Shown piece after piece: positions 39,279 to 49,035 of a stretch of 64,000 bases of DNA. Each line of letters starts with the position of its first letter. The first letter of the stretch is position 1. The DNA comes from an uncultured Bacteroidia bacterium (GTDB lineage Bacteria; Bacteroidota; Bacteroidia; J057; CALLMJ01). Where the stretch lies: the NCBI GenBank assembly GCA_964493765.1, contig CAZBPK010000146.1:200-64199 (forward strand). Direction: 5' to 3'. A program made the position numbers and the translations under genes. The notes beneath the pieces are model-generated. The model saw nothing but the letters and a program-made list of their open reading frames with translations, did no database searches and was not told the origin of the DNA.

Positions 39279-40679
39279 ATGTTATACCAATTTTTAGCAT
39301 GGCTTAACCAACTTTTTGATATACCCGGTTTTGGTGTTTTTCAATACCTTACTTTTCGTGCCATTTTAGCCGCTGTATTTTCTTTGGGTTTATGTTTACT
39401 TTTTGGTAATCCAATTATACAATTTTTAAAAAGAAAATCCATAGGAGAAACCATTAGACAAGAAGGTCCTCAAAACCACCTTTCCAAAGCTGGAACTCCA
39501 ACTATGGGTGGAATTATGATTATTTTGGCTATTATTATACCTACTTTATTATGGGCTAACCTCGCTAATGCTTATGTCATTCTTTTACTCGTTGGTACCC
39601 TTTGGATGGGCATTATTGGTTTCGCTGATGACTATATTAAAGTTTTCAAAAAAAATAAACAAGGATTAAAAGGTAAATTTAAAATTTATGGTCAATTAGG
39701 TTTAGGATTGATTGTGGGTTTAACCATGGTTTTTCACCCTCATTTTCAAGGTCTTGAACCTAAAGTAGATTCTCATTTAATTATACACCCTAACAGCATT
39801 CTAGAAAAATCAGGATTTAAAGAAGGCGATAAATTAATTGCTTTAGATGGAAAAAATATTGCAGAACTTCCCAAAGGCTACCATAACCCTATTTTTACCA
39901 TTTTCACGATTGAAAGAGAAGGTAAAAGAATGAACCTAGTAATTCCTAAAGACGAAAAAATTAGAGTTTCTGAGTTTTTATTAGGCACTAAAAATTACGG
40001 GTTTTCAACTAGTACCAATGTCCCATTTTTCAAAAATTACACTTTTAACTACGATTATCTTGCATTTTGGGACGAGCCCAATGGTATTTGGGGTAAAATT
40101 ATTTATGTTTTGGTTATTATTTTTATTGTAACTGCGGTTTCTAATGGCGTAAATATAACGGATGGTTTAGATGGTTTAGCAGCAGGAGTAACAGGAATTG
40201 TAGCGGCTACCTTAGGAATTATGGCTTATGTTTCTGGCAATGTTGTTTTTGCTAATTATCTGAATATTAGCTTTATACCAATGAGTGGAGAAGTATTTAT
40301 TTTTTGTGCTGCTCTCATAGGTGCTTGTGTAGGATTCCTTTGGTTTAATGCTTTTCCTGCACAAGTTTTTATGGGGGATACGGGTAGCCTTGCATTAGGA
40401 GGTGCAATTGCAGTTTTGGCACTGATTATCAAAAAAGAACTATTAATTCCTATTTTTTGCGGAATTTATTTCATTGAAAATTTATCGGTGATTATTCAAG
40501 TTTCTTATTTCAAATATACCAAAAAAAAATACGGAGAAGGAAAACGTATCTTTTTGATGGCTCCTATCCATCATCACTTTGAAAAAAAAGGTTTACACGA
40601 ATCCAAAATTGTGATTCGCTTTTGGATTGTTACTGTTTTATTATGTATCATCACTTTTGCAACCCTTAAACTCAGATAA
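39279..40679 (+). CDS. mraY: phospho-N-acetylmuramoyl-pentapeptide transferase with an enlarged TM4-TM5 loop
   Basis: KAGTPTMGGI, FADDYIKV, NITDGLDGLA, VFMGDTGSLALGG and MAPIHHHFE. 466 aa because of an insertion at about aa 153-243. Confidence 0.93.
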   Translation: MLYQFLAWLNQLFDIPGFGVFQYLTFRAILAAVFSLGLCLLFGNPIIQFLKRKSIGETIRQEGPQNHLSKAGTPTMGGIMIILAIIIPTLLWANLANAYVILLLVGTLWMGIIGFADDYIKVFKKNKQGLKGKFKIYGQLGLGLIVGLTMVFHPHFQGLEPKVDSHLIIHPNSILEKSGFKEGDKLIALDGKNIAELPKGYHNPIFTIFTIEREGKRMNLVIPKDEKIRVSEFLLGTKNYGFSTSTNVPFFKNYTFNYDYLAFWDEPNGIWGKIIYVLVIIFIVTAVSNGVNITDGLDGLAAGVTGIVAATLGIMAYVSGNVVFANYLNISFIPMSGEVFIFCAALIGACVGFLWFNAFPAQVFMGDTGSLALGGAIAVLALIIKKELLIPIFCGIYFIENLSVIIQVSYFKYTKKKYGEGKRIFLMAPIHHHFEKKGLHESKIVIRFWIVTVLLCIITFATLKLR

Positions 40680-40682
40680 TCT

Positions 40683-42083
40683 ATGGATAAAAATCAAATC
40701 AAAAAAATTGTAATATTAGGAGGCGGTGAATCAGGTGTAGGAGCAGCTATTTTCGCCAAACAAAAAGGATATGACGTTTTTTTATCAGAAGGAGGTTCTT
40801 TAAAACCTCATTTTGAAAAAGAATTACTTGATTATCAAATTCCTTATGAAACTCAAAATCATAGCATTGGTAAAATTCTTTCCGCAGATTTAATTATTAA
40901 AAGCCCGGGTATTTCTCCCAAAACAAACATAGTACAACAAATTACAGAAAAAAATATACCCATAGTTTCTGAAATAGAATTTGGTTCTTGGTTTACTAAT
41001 GCTACTATTATTGCAATCTCTGGTTCAGCTGGCAAAACAACTACCACATCTATGATTTACAAGATTTTAAAAGATGGTGGGTTAAATGTAGCAGTTTGTG
41101 GTAATATAGGAACTTCACTCGCCAGAACCTTAGCTTTTGCTCAAAAAGAATATGAATATTTAGTCATTGAGGTATCTAGTTTTCAATTAGAAAACGTAAT
41201 AGATTTTCACCCCCATATTGCAGTTTTAACGAATATCAGTGAAAATCATTTAGATAGATACGAATATAATTTATCAAAGTATGCTCAAACCAAAATTCAA
41301 GGATTACTAAAGAATTCAACTTCAGAAGATTTTTTAATTTACTGTATGGATTCTGATTATTTAGTTCAAGAATTAGAAAAATTTCCATTTGAAGCAGAAA
41401 AAATTGGGTATAGCTTAGAAATGAAACAAGGAAGCTCAGCTTATGTCATTGAAAAAGAATTAAAAAGGTTTATAAATATCAACATTATGTCTAAAAACAA
41501 GAAAAAAAACGGCTTAGCCTTTGATTTTCCTATTGAGGAACTTCAAATAAAAGGCAAACACAATGAATACAACAGCATGGCAAGTTCTGTTGTAGGAAAC
41601 TTATTACAAATAAGAAATGAATCAATAAGAGAAAGTTTAAAAGACTTTGCGAGTTTAGAGCATCGTCTAGAACAAGTAGCAATTATTGATGGAGTTTTTT
41701 ATGTCAATGATTCAAAAGCAACCAGTGCATTAGCGGTTTGGTATGCCTTAGAAAGTATTACAACTCCTGTAATTTGGATTGCTGGTGGTGTAGATAAAGG
41801 AAATGATTGGGGAATTTTATTGCGGTTAGTGAGTGATAAAGTTAAAGGTATTGTTTTACTTTCCAAAGAATTAGATACGGTAAAGGACATCAAAAATGCT
41901 TTTGAAAATACTGTTGAAATGATGAAACATGCCAACAATATGGCTGATGCTGTGCGTATTGCAAAAGAAATGGCTTCAGCTGGAGATACTATCTTACTTT
42001 CTCCCGGTTGTGCAAGTTTTGATTTATTTGCTAACTACGAAGAAAGAGGTAACCAATTCAAAGACGAAGTTTTAAAAAAATAA
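40683..42083 (+). CDS. murD: UDP-N-acetylmuramoylalanine--D-glutamate ligase
   Basis: ILGGGESGVGAA, ISGSAGKTTT, NISENHLDRY, NDSKATS and SPGCASFD. Confidence 0.92.
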   Translation: MDKNQIKKIVILGGGESGVGAAIFAKQKGYDVFLSEGGSLKPHFEKELLDYQIPYETQNHSIGKILSADLIIKSPGISPKTNIVQQITEKNIPIVSEIEFGSWFTNATIIAISGSAGKTTTTSMIYKILKDGGLNVAVCGNIGTSLARTLAFAQKEYEYLVIEVSSFQLENVIDFHPHIAVLTNISENHLDRYEYNLSKYAQTKIQGLLKNSTSEDFLIYCMDSDYLVQELEKFPFEAEKIGYSLEMKQGSSAYVIEKELKRFININIMSKNKKKNGLAFDFPIEELQIKGKHNEYNSMASSVVGNLLQIRNESIRESLKDFASLEHRLEQVAIIDGVFYVNDSKATSALAVWYALESITTPVIWIAGGVDKGNDWGILLRLVSDKVKGIVLLSKELDTVKDIKNAFENTVEMMKHANNMADAVRIAKEMASAGDTILLSPGCASFDLFANYEERGNQFKDEVLKK

Positions 42084-42204
42084 ATTTTCAATAAATTTCT
42101 ATTCTTCTAGCGCTGCCATTTTTTTATAAAATAGGAGTCATTTTCTATTTTTTAGGAGTTTCCATTTTTTATTTTTTCCTATCACAAAATGATTGATAGA
42201 GTTT

Positions 42205-42247
42205 AAAAAAAATCAGAATTTTCAAATAATTGAAAATTCTGATTTTT
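42205..42247. terminator. bidirectional rho-independent terminator
   Basis: An A8 run, then a perfect 13-bp stem TCAGAATTTTCAA-ataa-TTGAAAATTCTGA, then T5. It lies between the convergent murD and the 42267-42740 gene. Confidence 0.8.
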
Positions 42248-42266
42248 GAAGTAATGCTTACATTTT

Positions 42267-42740
42267 CTATTTAGTCAATGACCAACTGTTACTTGCTTTA
42301 TTGTAACCATACTTCCAAGTCCCGCCTGAGGTTTCAATGATCAAACCTATTTGAGAATTTTGCATTTTATCAGCTTTAAATTTAAAACTATTTGTATTAG
42401 CTTGCTTGGTTAAATTGTAGGTATTTAAAACCTTAACCGTTTGTTCATTAAAAATAGAAATCCAAGTATAGAACTTTCCTCCACTTTCTTGTACCCAAGT
42501 ATAAGCAAACAAACCTGGATTAATAGCCAATTTTCCCACGGGATAAATAATATCATTTTCCCCTATTTTAGTAAATTGTGCTTTTAAAGAAGCATGTAAA
42601 GGACGAACAGAAGGCTTAGTGGAACCATTAAACTCAAAAGGTAATGATTTTTCTGGAAAAATATCCTTCATTTTTTGAAATTGTTGCCCAAATACTTGAG
42701 CATTAAACCACATAAACAAAATTAATAACCAATTTTTCAT
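42267..42740 (-). CDS. small secreted protein of unknown function
   Basis: Signal peptide MKNWLLILFMWFNAQVFGQ. Beta-rich sequence with no recognisable motif. Confidence 0.4.
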   Translation of the reverse strand: MKNWLLILFMWFNAQVFGQQFQKMKDIFPEKSLPFEFNGSTKPSVRPLHASLKAQFTKIGENDIIYPVGKLAINPGLFAYTWVQESGGKFYTWISIFNEQTVKVLNTYNLTKQANTNSFKFKADKMQNSQIGLIIETSGGTWKYGYNKASNSWSLTK

Positions 42741-42828
42741 TTGTTGAAATTTTAATATAAGGTTTACAGCAAAATTTGTGCCTACTTATAAATTCAATAA
42801 AAATTTATATTTGCAAACTCATAATCGT

Positions 42829-44394
42829 ATGAATATCAAAAAGCGAGAAAACTTACTGTTTTTTCTCATCATTTTTCTTTTAAGTATTCTCATTTACAAT
42901 GGAACTAGACACTTTGTAACTTTACCTTACGGAATCCACCAATGGAGGCAAAGTATGAACTATTCAATAGTTCAAAATTTTCAAGAGTCTAATACCCATT
43001 TTGGGAAACCCGCTATGGACAATTTGCTGAACCCAGACAATACAGGTTATTTAGTATTAGAATTTCCCATTTTTCAATGGATAATTTCTTTCTTCCCTAG
43101 AGAATTTTTTCCTTATTTTAGATGGTTAATTTATTTAAGCTCCTTATCGGGTCTTTATTTTGCTTTTCTTTGGAGTTATCAAGTATTAAAAAATTATTAT
43201 CTTGCTTTTGCTTCCATTTTAATTTTATTTTTTGTCCCTTTGTTTTTATTTTACAATGCCAATTATTTTGTGGATTTACCTGCTATTCTTTGGAGCATAA
43301 GCACAGCTTACTTCTGGAATAAAGGAATTACCGAAAATTATACCCCAAAATCCATATTGCTAGGCACTTTTTTTTACACTTTAACAGGTTTGTTGAGACC
43401 CGTTGGTTTAGCTTTGCCTTTTGCTTTTATGATTTATTATTTTTTGAATCATTTTAAAAAAAGCAAATTTCTTTTCTGGAACTTTTTGATTAGTACTACT
43501 TTAATTAGCATTTGGTACATTTATCAACAAAAAACGAATATTACTTATGAAGTTCATACTCCCCCTCAAACTTCTATTTTTTACAGTTCAAAAGAGGAAA
43601 TCAAAAACGTTCTTTATGCTTTTAGAGATTTTCATTTTAATCAATTTGGTTTTGTATTTGGAAATATTTTGGGTTATATTCTTTGTTTTTTAATGATTGG
43701 TTTTCATTGGAAAAACTATGATAAAAATCTAAAAACTATATTTATATGGACATTTTTGGGTACAATTGCTTATTTAACTTTATGGTTTAAAGTTTTTCAA
43801 GACCATGATTATTATTTGATCCCTTGTTTATCTTTTTTCTTTATTACTACTCTCATGACCTTAATGGCCTTAAATCATTATATCCCTTTAAAATCTTTAT
43901 ACGTTACTCTCTCAATCATTCTTTTCTTTAGCTTTTATCATGGTTATGAAAATTATAGATTAAGGGACTTTAGAGGTTGGTATGGCTTCAGTTTAAATAC
44001 TTCCAAATTTGAGGAAGGGATGTTATGGTGGGTTCATCATGAAGATCAAATGATATGGTCAAAAATTAGAGAATTGTCCAATAACATGGATAAACTTGAA
44101 AAAGCAGGTATTCAAAAAAAAGATACCGTAATTTGTAATTTTGACCCAACTCCCACTTACGTTTTGAGTTTATTACAATTAAAAGGTTGGGCTTTATCCA
44201 ATGAAGGTGGGAAGATGAATCGTTTTGAGCAATATCAATATTACATCAATCGTGGTGCAAAATATCTCATTCATTATGGTGATAGAGTAGCAGTGGAGGA
44301 TGAATCTGAAAAAGATAATTTACTAAAGCAAAATTTAATTTTTCAATACGATAGTATCAAATTTTATAAAATTGACCATTTAAAAAATCAGTAA
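42829..44394 (+). CDS. polytopic membrane protein, GT-C (ArnT/PMT-like) glycosyltransferase-like
   Basis: About 11 hydrophobic segments plus a soluble C-terminal domain. The start is set at the ATG at 42829 because TATATTTG (42806-42813) lies inside the listed GTG-start ORF. Confidence 0.5.
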   Translation: MNIKKRENLLFFLIIFLLSILIYNGTRHFVTLPYGIHQWRQSMNYSIVQNFQESNTHFGKPAMDNLLNPDNTGYLVLEFPIFQWIISFFPREFFPYFRWLIYLSSLSGLYFAFLWSYQVLKNYYLAFASILILFFVPLFLFYNANYFVDLPAILWSISTAYFWNKGITENYTPKSILLGTFFYTLTGLLRPVGLALPFAFMIYYFLNHFKKSKFLFWNFLISTTLISIWYIYQQKTNITYEVHTPPQTSIFYSSKEEIKNVLYAFRDFHFNQFGFVFGNILGYILCFLMIGFHWKNYDKNLKTIFIWTFLGTIAYLTLWFKVFQDHDYYLIPCLSFFFITTLMTLMALNHYIPLKSLYVTLSIILFFSFYHGYENYRLRDFRGWYGFSLNTSKFEEGMLWWVHHEDQMIWSKIRELSNNMDKLEKAGIQKKDTVICNFDPTPTYVLSLLQLKGWALSNEGGKMNRFEQYQYYINRGAKYLIHYGDRVAVEDESEKDNLLKQNLIFQYDSIKFYKIDHLKNQ

Positions 44395-44428
44395 ACCAAG
44401 ATTTCAGCTTTCTTGATAGATGATTGGT

Positions 44429-44558
44429 TGGGCGTGCCCCTTGCTACGCTGCGGGTCGGGCTGCTTCGGGTTTCACTTTGTTTCAGCAATCCTTTTGACA
44501 CTTTTTATCAAAAGTGTCAAAAGGCAGTGCCACTTTGTGCCCTTCGCATCCCTCACGC
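44429..44558 (-). repeat. GC-rich dispersed repeat, full copy D (inverted orientation)
   Basis: TGGGCGTGCCCCTTGCTACGCTGCGGGTCGGGCTGCTTCGGG...CAATCC, then a perfect 15-bp hairpin (44491-44524), then CAGTGCCACTTTGTGCCCTTCGCATCCCTCACGC. Confidence 0.9.
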
Positions 44559-44632
44559 TTTTCCCAAAGCTTCGCTTCTAATCCCTACTATTACATGCTT
44601 TACTACAAGCTATTCTTTATTATTTTTGTATC

Positions 44633-44960
44633 ATGATGAAACAACTTCCTATTGGTATCAATTCCTTTGAAAAAATCATTTCCGATATTGTATGCTTTTT
44701 TTAAGGGTCTGGGTTTGAACTGCATATTAGAAGATCATACCAATAAAGGTAGAATAGATTTAAGTATCCTATTGAAAGAAGCGATATACATATTTGAGTT
44801 CAAGGTGAGGAGAGTTGGAAATGAAGCCCCTTTAGAGCAGATTAAATCTAAGCGTTATTACGAAAAATATTTAAGTGAAGGTAAACCGATTTATTTAGTT
44901 GGAGTAATATTGGATGTGCAAAGTAAAAATATAACCACCATAGATTGGGAACTAATATAA
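44633..44960 (+). pseudogene. internally deleted, frameshifted remnant of an AAA-ATPase-like / PD-(D/E)XK (DUF1703-type) gene
   Basis: Frame a (44633-44704) gives MMKQLPIGINSFEKIISD..., the typical N-terminus of this family. Frame b (to 44960) gives ...NKGRIDLSILLKEAIYIFEFKV...LEQIKSKRYYEKY...IYLVGVI, the typical C-terminal nuclease core. The ~400 aa in between are missing. Confidence 0.6.
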
Positions 44961-45013
44961 TGCAGAGTTTAACTTATTGATTATCTTATATATATAAGCC
45001 ACAAATTGGTTGA

Positions 45014-46930
45014 TTATTTTTTCTTTTTTTTGATTCTTACATCAAACTTATCAAGCTCTAATACATTTCTGTCTATTAGATTTCTTAAAGCAGCTTTGGC
45101 TTCCTCAGGGTTACCTTTTTGAGTTTTTTGAATAATTTTTTGATATTTTGTTTCACCCTCTTGCACAAGGTGCAAAATTTCTTCTTCTAAGCTATAGGAA
45201 TGGGAGTTCACTTTATGACGTCCCAAGCATACATCACATTTCCCACAGTTTTTTGTTTCTTGTTCTCCAAAATATTTTAATATACTCTTGCTTCTGCAAA
45301 CTTGCTTATCTTCAGCATATTGAATCATAAATTTCAATCTCTCAAGAGCCTGTTCTTTTAGAAAAGTTATTTTTCTCCATTGGCAGTTCTCTAAATGAAA
45401 ATTTTCTCTGGGTTTCGTAAAATCTATTTTAGATTCTTGACTTGGGGGAATAAAATCTATGATTTTGTATTGATGTAAAAAATTAAGTTTTTGAATAAAT
45501 TCTTTTTCGTTAATTTCATGTTTTACAACAAAATCTTTGATAGAAAACGGTAAATAGTTAGTAAATAATTCCCCACCAATATCTCTCAACAAGATTTCCA
45601 TATAGAGGTCACAAGAAGGATATTTTCTCAAAAATTCATGTAAAGTATCTGGAGTAACCAAAATTTTTAATTTGGAATAATGTTCAGTAGAATCCTCTAT
45701 TTTGATAAATTCAGCTAATTCTAAAATTTTAAGGGTAGATTTTAAATCAGTTGTTGATAATAATTTGTTATTCAGTAAATTTCGGAAAACAGAAAGTGTT
45801 ATAGAATGAAAAGGTTTTTCACTAATAGGAATTTTTAGATAGTCATAAACAAGGTTAGCATTTTTTTTAAATAATTCAAAATCAGGGTATTGATTAATAA
45901 TTTGTTCATATTGATTTTGTGAGTCAATCGGTTTATAAAACAAAATAGCGAAAGATTTTTTTTCGTCTCTTCCCGCGCGTCCTGCTTCTTGATAATAGCT
46001 TTCTAAATCTGGAGGTATTTCCCAGTGAATCACTAAGCGTACATCGGGTTTGTCTATACCCATACCAAAAGCATTCGTACAAACAATAATTCTTGTTTCA
46101 TTATTTAACCATCGTTTTTGAATTTGATTTTTTATCTCTGATGATAACCCACCATGATAAGGTTCTGAAGAAATCCCATTTTTTACTAATAAATCTGCAA
46201 TTTCAAAAGTCTTTTTTCTAGAACGCACATAGATAAGCCCAGTTCCTTGAACTTTACTTAAAATCTCAAAAAGCTTATCGTATTGATTTTCATCATATAA
46301 AACAACATATTGAATATTTTGTCTGAAAAAGGATTTTTTGAAAATTTGTGAACTCTTAAAGTGTAATTTCTCACAAATATCCTTTTGAACTTGCGGAGTA
46401 GCGGATGCTGTTAATGCAATACAAGGAACATTGCTTAATAGGGTTCTAACTTCAGCAATTTTTAAATAATCTGGACGAAAATTATAACCCCATTGTGAAA
46501 TACAATGCGCTTCATCAATAGCTAACAGGCTGATATTGAGTTCTTTTATATAGCTTATAAACTCTTCATTTTGAAGTCTTTCAGGAGAAAGATATAAAAA
46601 CTTAAAAAATCCTTTTTTAACGCCTTCTAAACGATAGCGTTGTTCTGTTCGGGTTAAGGTAGAATTAATAAAAGTAGCGGAAATATTGCGTTTGATAAGA
46701 TTTTCTACTTGGTCTTGCATCAAAGCAATTAATGGGGAAATAACAAGAGTAACACCCTCAAAAATCAATCCAGGTATTTGAAAACATATAGATTTACCAC
46801 CACCTGTAGGTAAAAGAGCTAATGTATCATTTTTATTTAGAACGCTTTCTATAATAGCATATTGGGGTTCTCGAAAATTATCGTAACCCCAATACTGTTT
46901 TAAAACTTGATGCGGTTTACGCACATTCAT
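45014..46930 (-). CDS. recQ: RecQ-family ATP-dependent DNA helicase
   Basis: GYDNFREPQ, LLPTGGGKSICFQIP, DEAHCISQWGYNFRPDY, TASAT, TNAFGMGIDKPDVRLVIH, QEAGRAGRD, and the Zn motif CRSKSILKYFGE...CGKCDVC. Confidence 0.88.
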   Translation of the reverse strand: MNVRKPHQVLKQYWGYDNFREPQYAIIESVLNKNDTLALLPTGGGKSICFQIPGLIFEGVTLVISPLIALMQDQVENLIKRNISATFINSTLTRTEQRYRLEGVKKGFFKFLYLSPERLQNEEFISYIKELNISLLAIDEAHCISQWGYNFRPDYLKIAEVRTLLSNVPCIALTASATPQVQKDICEKLHFKSSQIFKKSFFRQNIQYVVLYDENQYDKLFEILSKVQGTGLIYVRSRKKTFEIADLLVKNGISSEPYHGGLSSEIKNQIQKRWLNNETRIIVCTNAFGMGIDKPDVRLVIHWEIPPDLESYYQEAGRAGRDEKKSFAILFYKPIDSQNQYEQIINQYPDFELFKKNANLVYDYLKIPISEKPFHSITLSVFRNLLNNKLLSTTDLKSTLKILELAEFIKIEDSTEHYSKLKILVTPDTLHEFLRKYPSCDLYMEILLRDIGGELFTNYLPFSIKDFVVKHEINEKEFIQKLNFLHQYKIIDFIPPSQESKIDFTKPRENFHLENCQWRKITFLKEQALERLKFMIQYAEDKQVCRSKSILKYFGEQETKNCGKCDVCLGRHKVNSHSYSLEEEILHLVQEGETKYQKIIQKTQKGNPEEAKAALRNLIDRNVLELDKFDVRIKKKKK

Positions 46931-46931
46931 T

Positions 46932-48719
46932 TTATTCTACATATAAGCTTTCTATTTCTTTTTTATAATTTTCCATAACAACTCTACGTTTCATTTTTAG
47001 GGAAGGCGTTAACTCGCCACTATCTATTGTCCATTCTTTGGATAGTAAAGCGAATTTTTTTACCTTTTCAAACTGTGCTAAATTCTCATTGGCTTTATCT
47101 ACCTCTTCTTGTATTTTTTGAATAACTTTGGGGTGTTTAATCATTTCTTCGTTAGAAGATACCTGAATACCATGCAGTTTACACCATTCTTGTAAGTTTA
47201 CAAAATTAGGGACAAGTAAAGCACCAGGGAATTTTTTTTCTGCACCTACTACCATTACTTGCTCTATGTAAAGAGAAGCTTTGATGAGATTTTCTATGTA
47301 CTGGGGAGCGATATATTTTCCACCTGAGGTTTTGAAAAGTTCTTTTTTTCTATCTGTAATTTTAATGAAACCGTCAATTATCATACCGATATCTCCTGTA
47401 TGCAGCCAACCATCGGGTTCAATAGTTTCTTTGGTAGCTTCAGGATTTTTATAATAACCTTGCATTACATTAGGACCTTTCACTAAAATTTCTCCTTCGC
47501 CTTCTCTATAACCCTGTTCTTGTAAAATTTTTACCTCAACGCCTTCAATTTTTTTCCCTACCGTACCAAATCTAAAACCTTTTATAGGCTCAAGAGTACC
47601 TACAGAAACCACAGGAGAAGTTTCGGTTTGTCCGTATCCTTCTAGAACGGGTATTCCAGCACCCCAAAAAACTCGGGATAACCTTTCTTGTAAAGCCGAA
47701 GCCCCTGAAACGATTGCAACGATATTGCCCCCTAAAGCGGCTTTCCATTTAGAAAATACCAATTTCCTTGCAATTCTTAATTGGAACATATACCACCAAT
47801 CTTTTTCTTTTTCAAAATCATATTGCAAGCCTAAATTTAAAGCCCAAAAGAAAAGTTTCTTTTTTAAGCCCTTTAATCCTGTTCCTGTTAAAACAATTTT
47901 ATCATAGACTTTTTCCAATAAACGGGGAACCGTAGTAAAGAAATGAGGTTTTACTTCTTGCAAATTATCACGAATGGTATCTAAACTTTCTGCATAATAT
48001 ATAGAAACTCCAACATACATATAAACAAAAAATACCATCCTTTCAAAAATATGATTTAAGGGTAAGAAACTTAGAGCCTTCATGGTGCTATCCACTGGAA
48101 GCAACTTTACTGAAGTTACAATATTAGACACTACATTATGATGGCTTAACATTACGCCTTTAGGGACGCCTGTTGTACCAGAGGTATAAACTATCGTGGC
48201 AATATCAGAAGGCAGAACCGCATCACGGTAAGACTTCAAAATCTCGGGGTTATCATGTTTCCCTAACTCTAAAAATTCCGAGAAGTGTTTTACTCCTTCA
48301 ATTTTTTGAATAGAATAAATTTCTTGAACTAAGGGTATTTCTGAACGAATTTTTTGAATTTTGTCATAATGTTCTTTACCGTAAACAAAAACCACTTTAC
48401 TTTCTGAGTGATTGATTGTGTATTGAAAATCTGAGGGAGTAGAAGTGGGGTATAAGGGTACTAATTGACAACCTAATTGTAAAGTACCAAAATCTATGAA
48501 ATTCCATTCTGGACAATTCGGCGAAATTAATGCAACTTTATCATCTTTTTTTAAGCCCAATTTTAATAAGGATAAACTTACATTATCCACAATTTGCTTT
48601 ACCTCTTGAGTACTGTAATTTTTCCATCGTCCATTTTCTTTTGCTGATATAGAATCAGGTTTAGGAAAATTAGCCAATTGATAATCCAGCACATCAAATA
48701 GTCTTGATATTTCCTTCAT
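46932..48719 (-). CDS. long-chain-fatty-acid--CoA ligase (AMP-forming)
   Basis: YTSGTTGVPKGVMLSH AMP-binding motif, GYGQTETS, TGDIG and SGGKYIAPQ. The start is set at the ATG at 48719 because the listed start is TTG. Confidence 0.85.
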   Translation of the reverse strand: MKEISRLFDVLDYQLANFPKPDSISAKENGRWKNYSTQEVKQIVDNVSLSLLKLGLKKDDKVALISPNCPEWNFIDFGTLQLGCQLVPLYPTSTPSDFQYTINHSESKVVFVYGKEHYDKIQKIRSEIPLVQEIYSIQKIEGVKHFSEFLELGKHDNPEILKSYRDAVLPSDIATIVYTSGTTGVPKGVMLSHHNVVSNIVTSVKLLPVDSTMKALSFLPLNHIFERMVFFVYMYVGVSIYYAESLDTIRDNLQEVKPHFFTTVPRLLEKVYDKIVLTGTGLKGLKKKLFFWALNLGLQYDFEKEKDWWYMFQLRIARKLVFSKWKAALGGNIVAIVSGASALQERLSRVFWGAGIPVLEGYGQTETSPVVSVGTLEPIKGFRFGTVGKKIEGVEVKILQEQGYREGEGEILVKGPNVMQGYYKNPEATKETIEPDGWLHTGDIGMIIDGFIKITDRKKELFKTSGGKYIAPQYIENLIKASLYIEQVMVVGAEKKFPGALLVPNFVNLQEWCKLHGIQVSSNEEMIKHPKVIQKIQEEVDKANENLAQFEKVKKFALLSKEWTIDSGELTPSLKMKRRVVMENYKKEIESLYVE

Positions 48720-48889
48720 AATTAATTTTTGTAAAATTGTTCGCAATTTAAAGCATTTATAAATTTTGTCAATGATTTTTTTAAAAAATTTGAGTATATT
48801 CCTGAATTCATTAAGAAATAACTTTTTTGTATCTGAAAAAATGCTATAAAACGTTCATTAAATTCTATACATTGTTTTGCTTTTTAATT

Positions 48890-48921
48890 GAGTTGCCAAA
48901 GGATAGCAAGGGGCATGCCTA
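48890..48921 (+). repeat. degenerate remnant of the GC-rich repeat (3' arm with an internal deletion)
   Basis: GAGTTGCCAAAGGATAGCAAGGGGCATGCCTA compares with GGATTGCCGAAGCGATAGCAA[...]GGGGCACGCCCA of copy C. Confidence 0.55.
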
Positions 48922-49035
48922 AAATAATCAACTATAATGAAATATGTATCTTTGAAATTTTTACCCATTCCATAAAACCATCTATAAGAAAATCATGTTT
49001 TTAGTAAATAATTTACTAAATTTGCAGGTTTGAAG

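Noticed and set aside
44413-44670. 85-aa ORF (MIDDWLGVPLATLRVGLLRVSLCF...) and the similar 83-aa ORF at 60611-60862
   Set aside because: Both are read-throughs of the GC-rich repeat. Indels between repeat copies break every frame, so the element is not protein-coding. The ORFs exist only because GC-rich sequence lacks stop codons.
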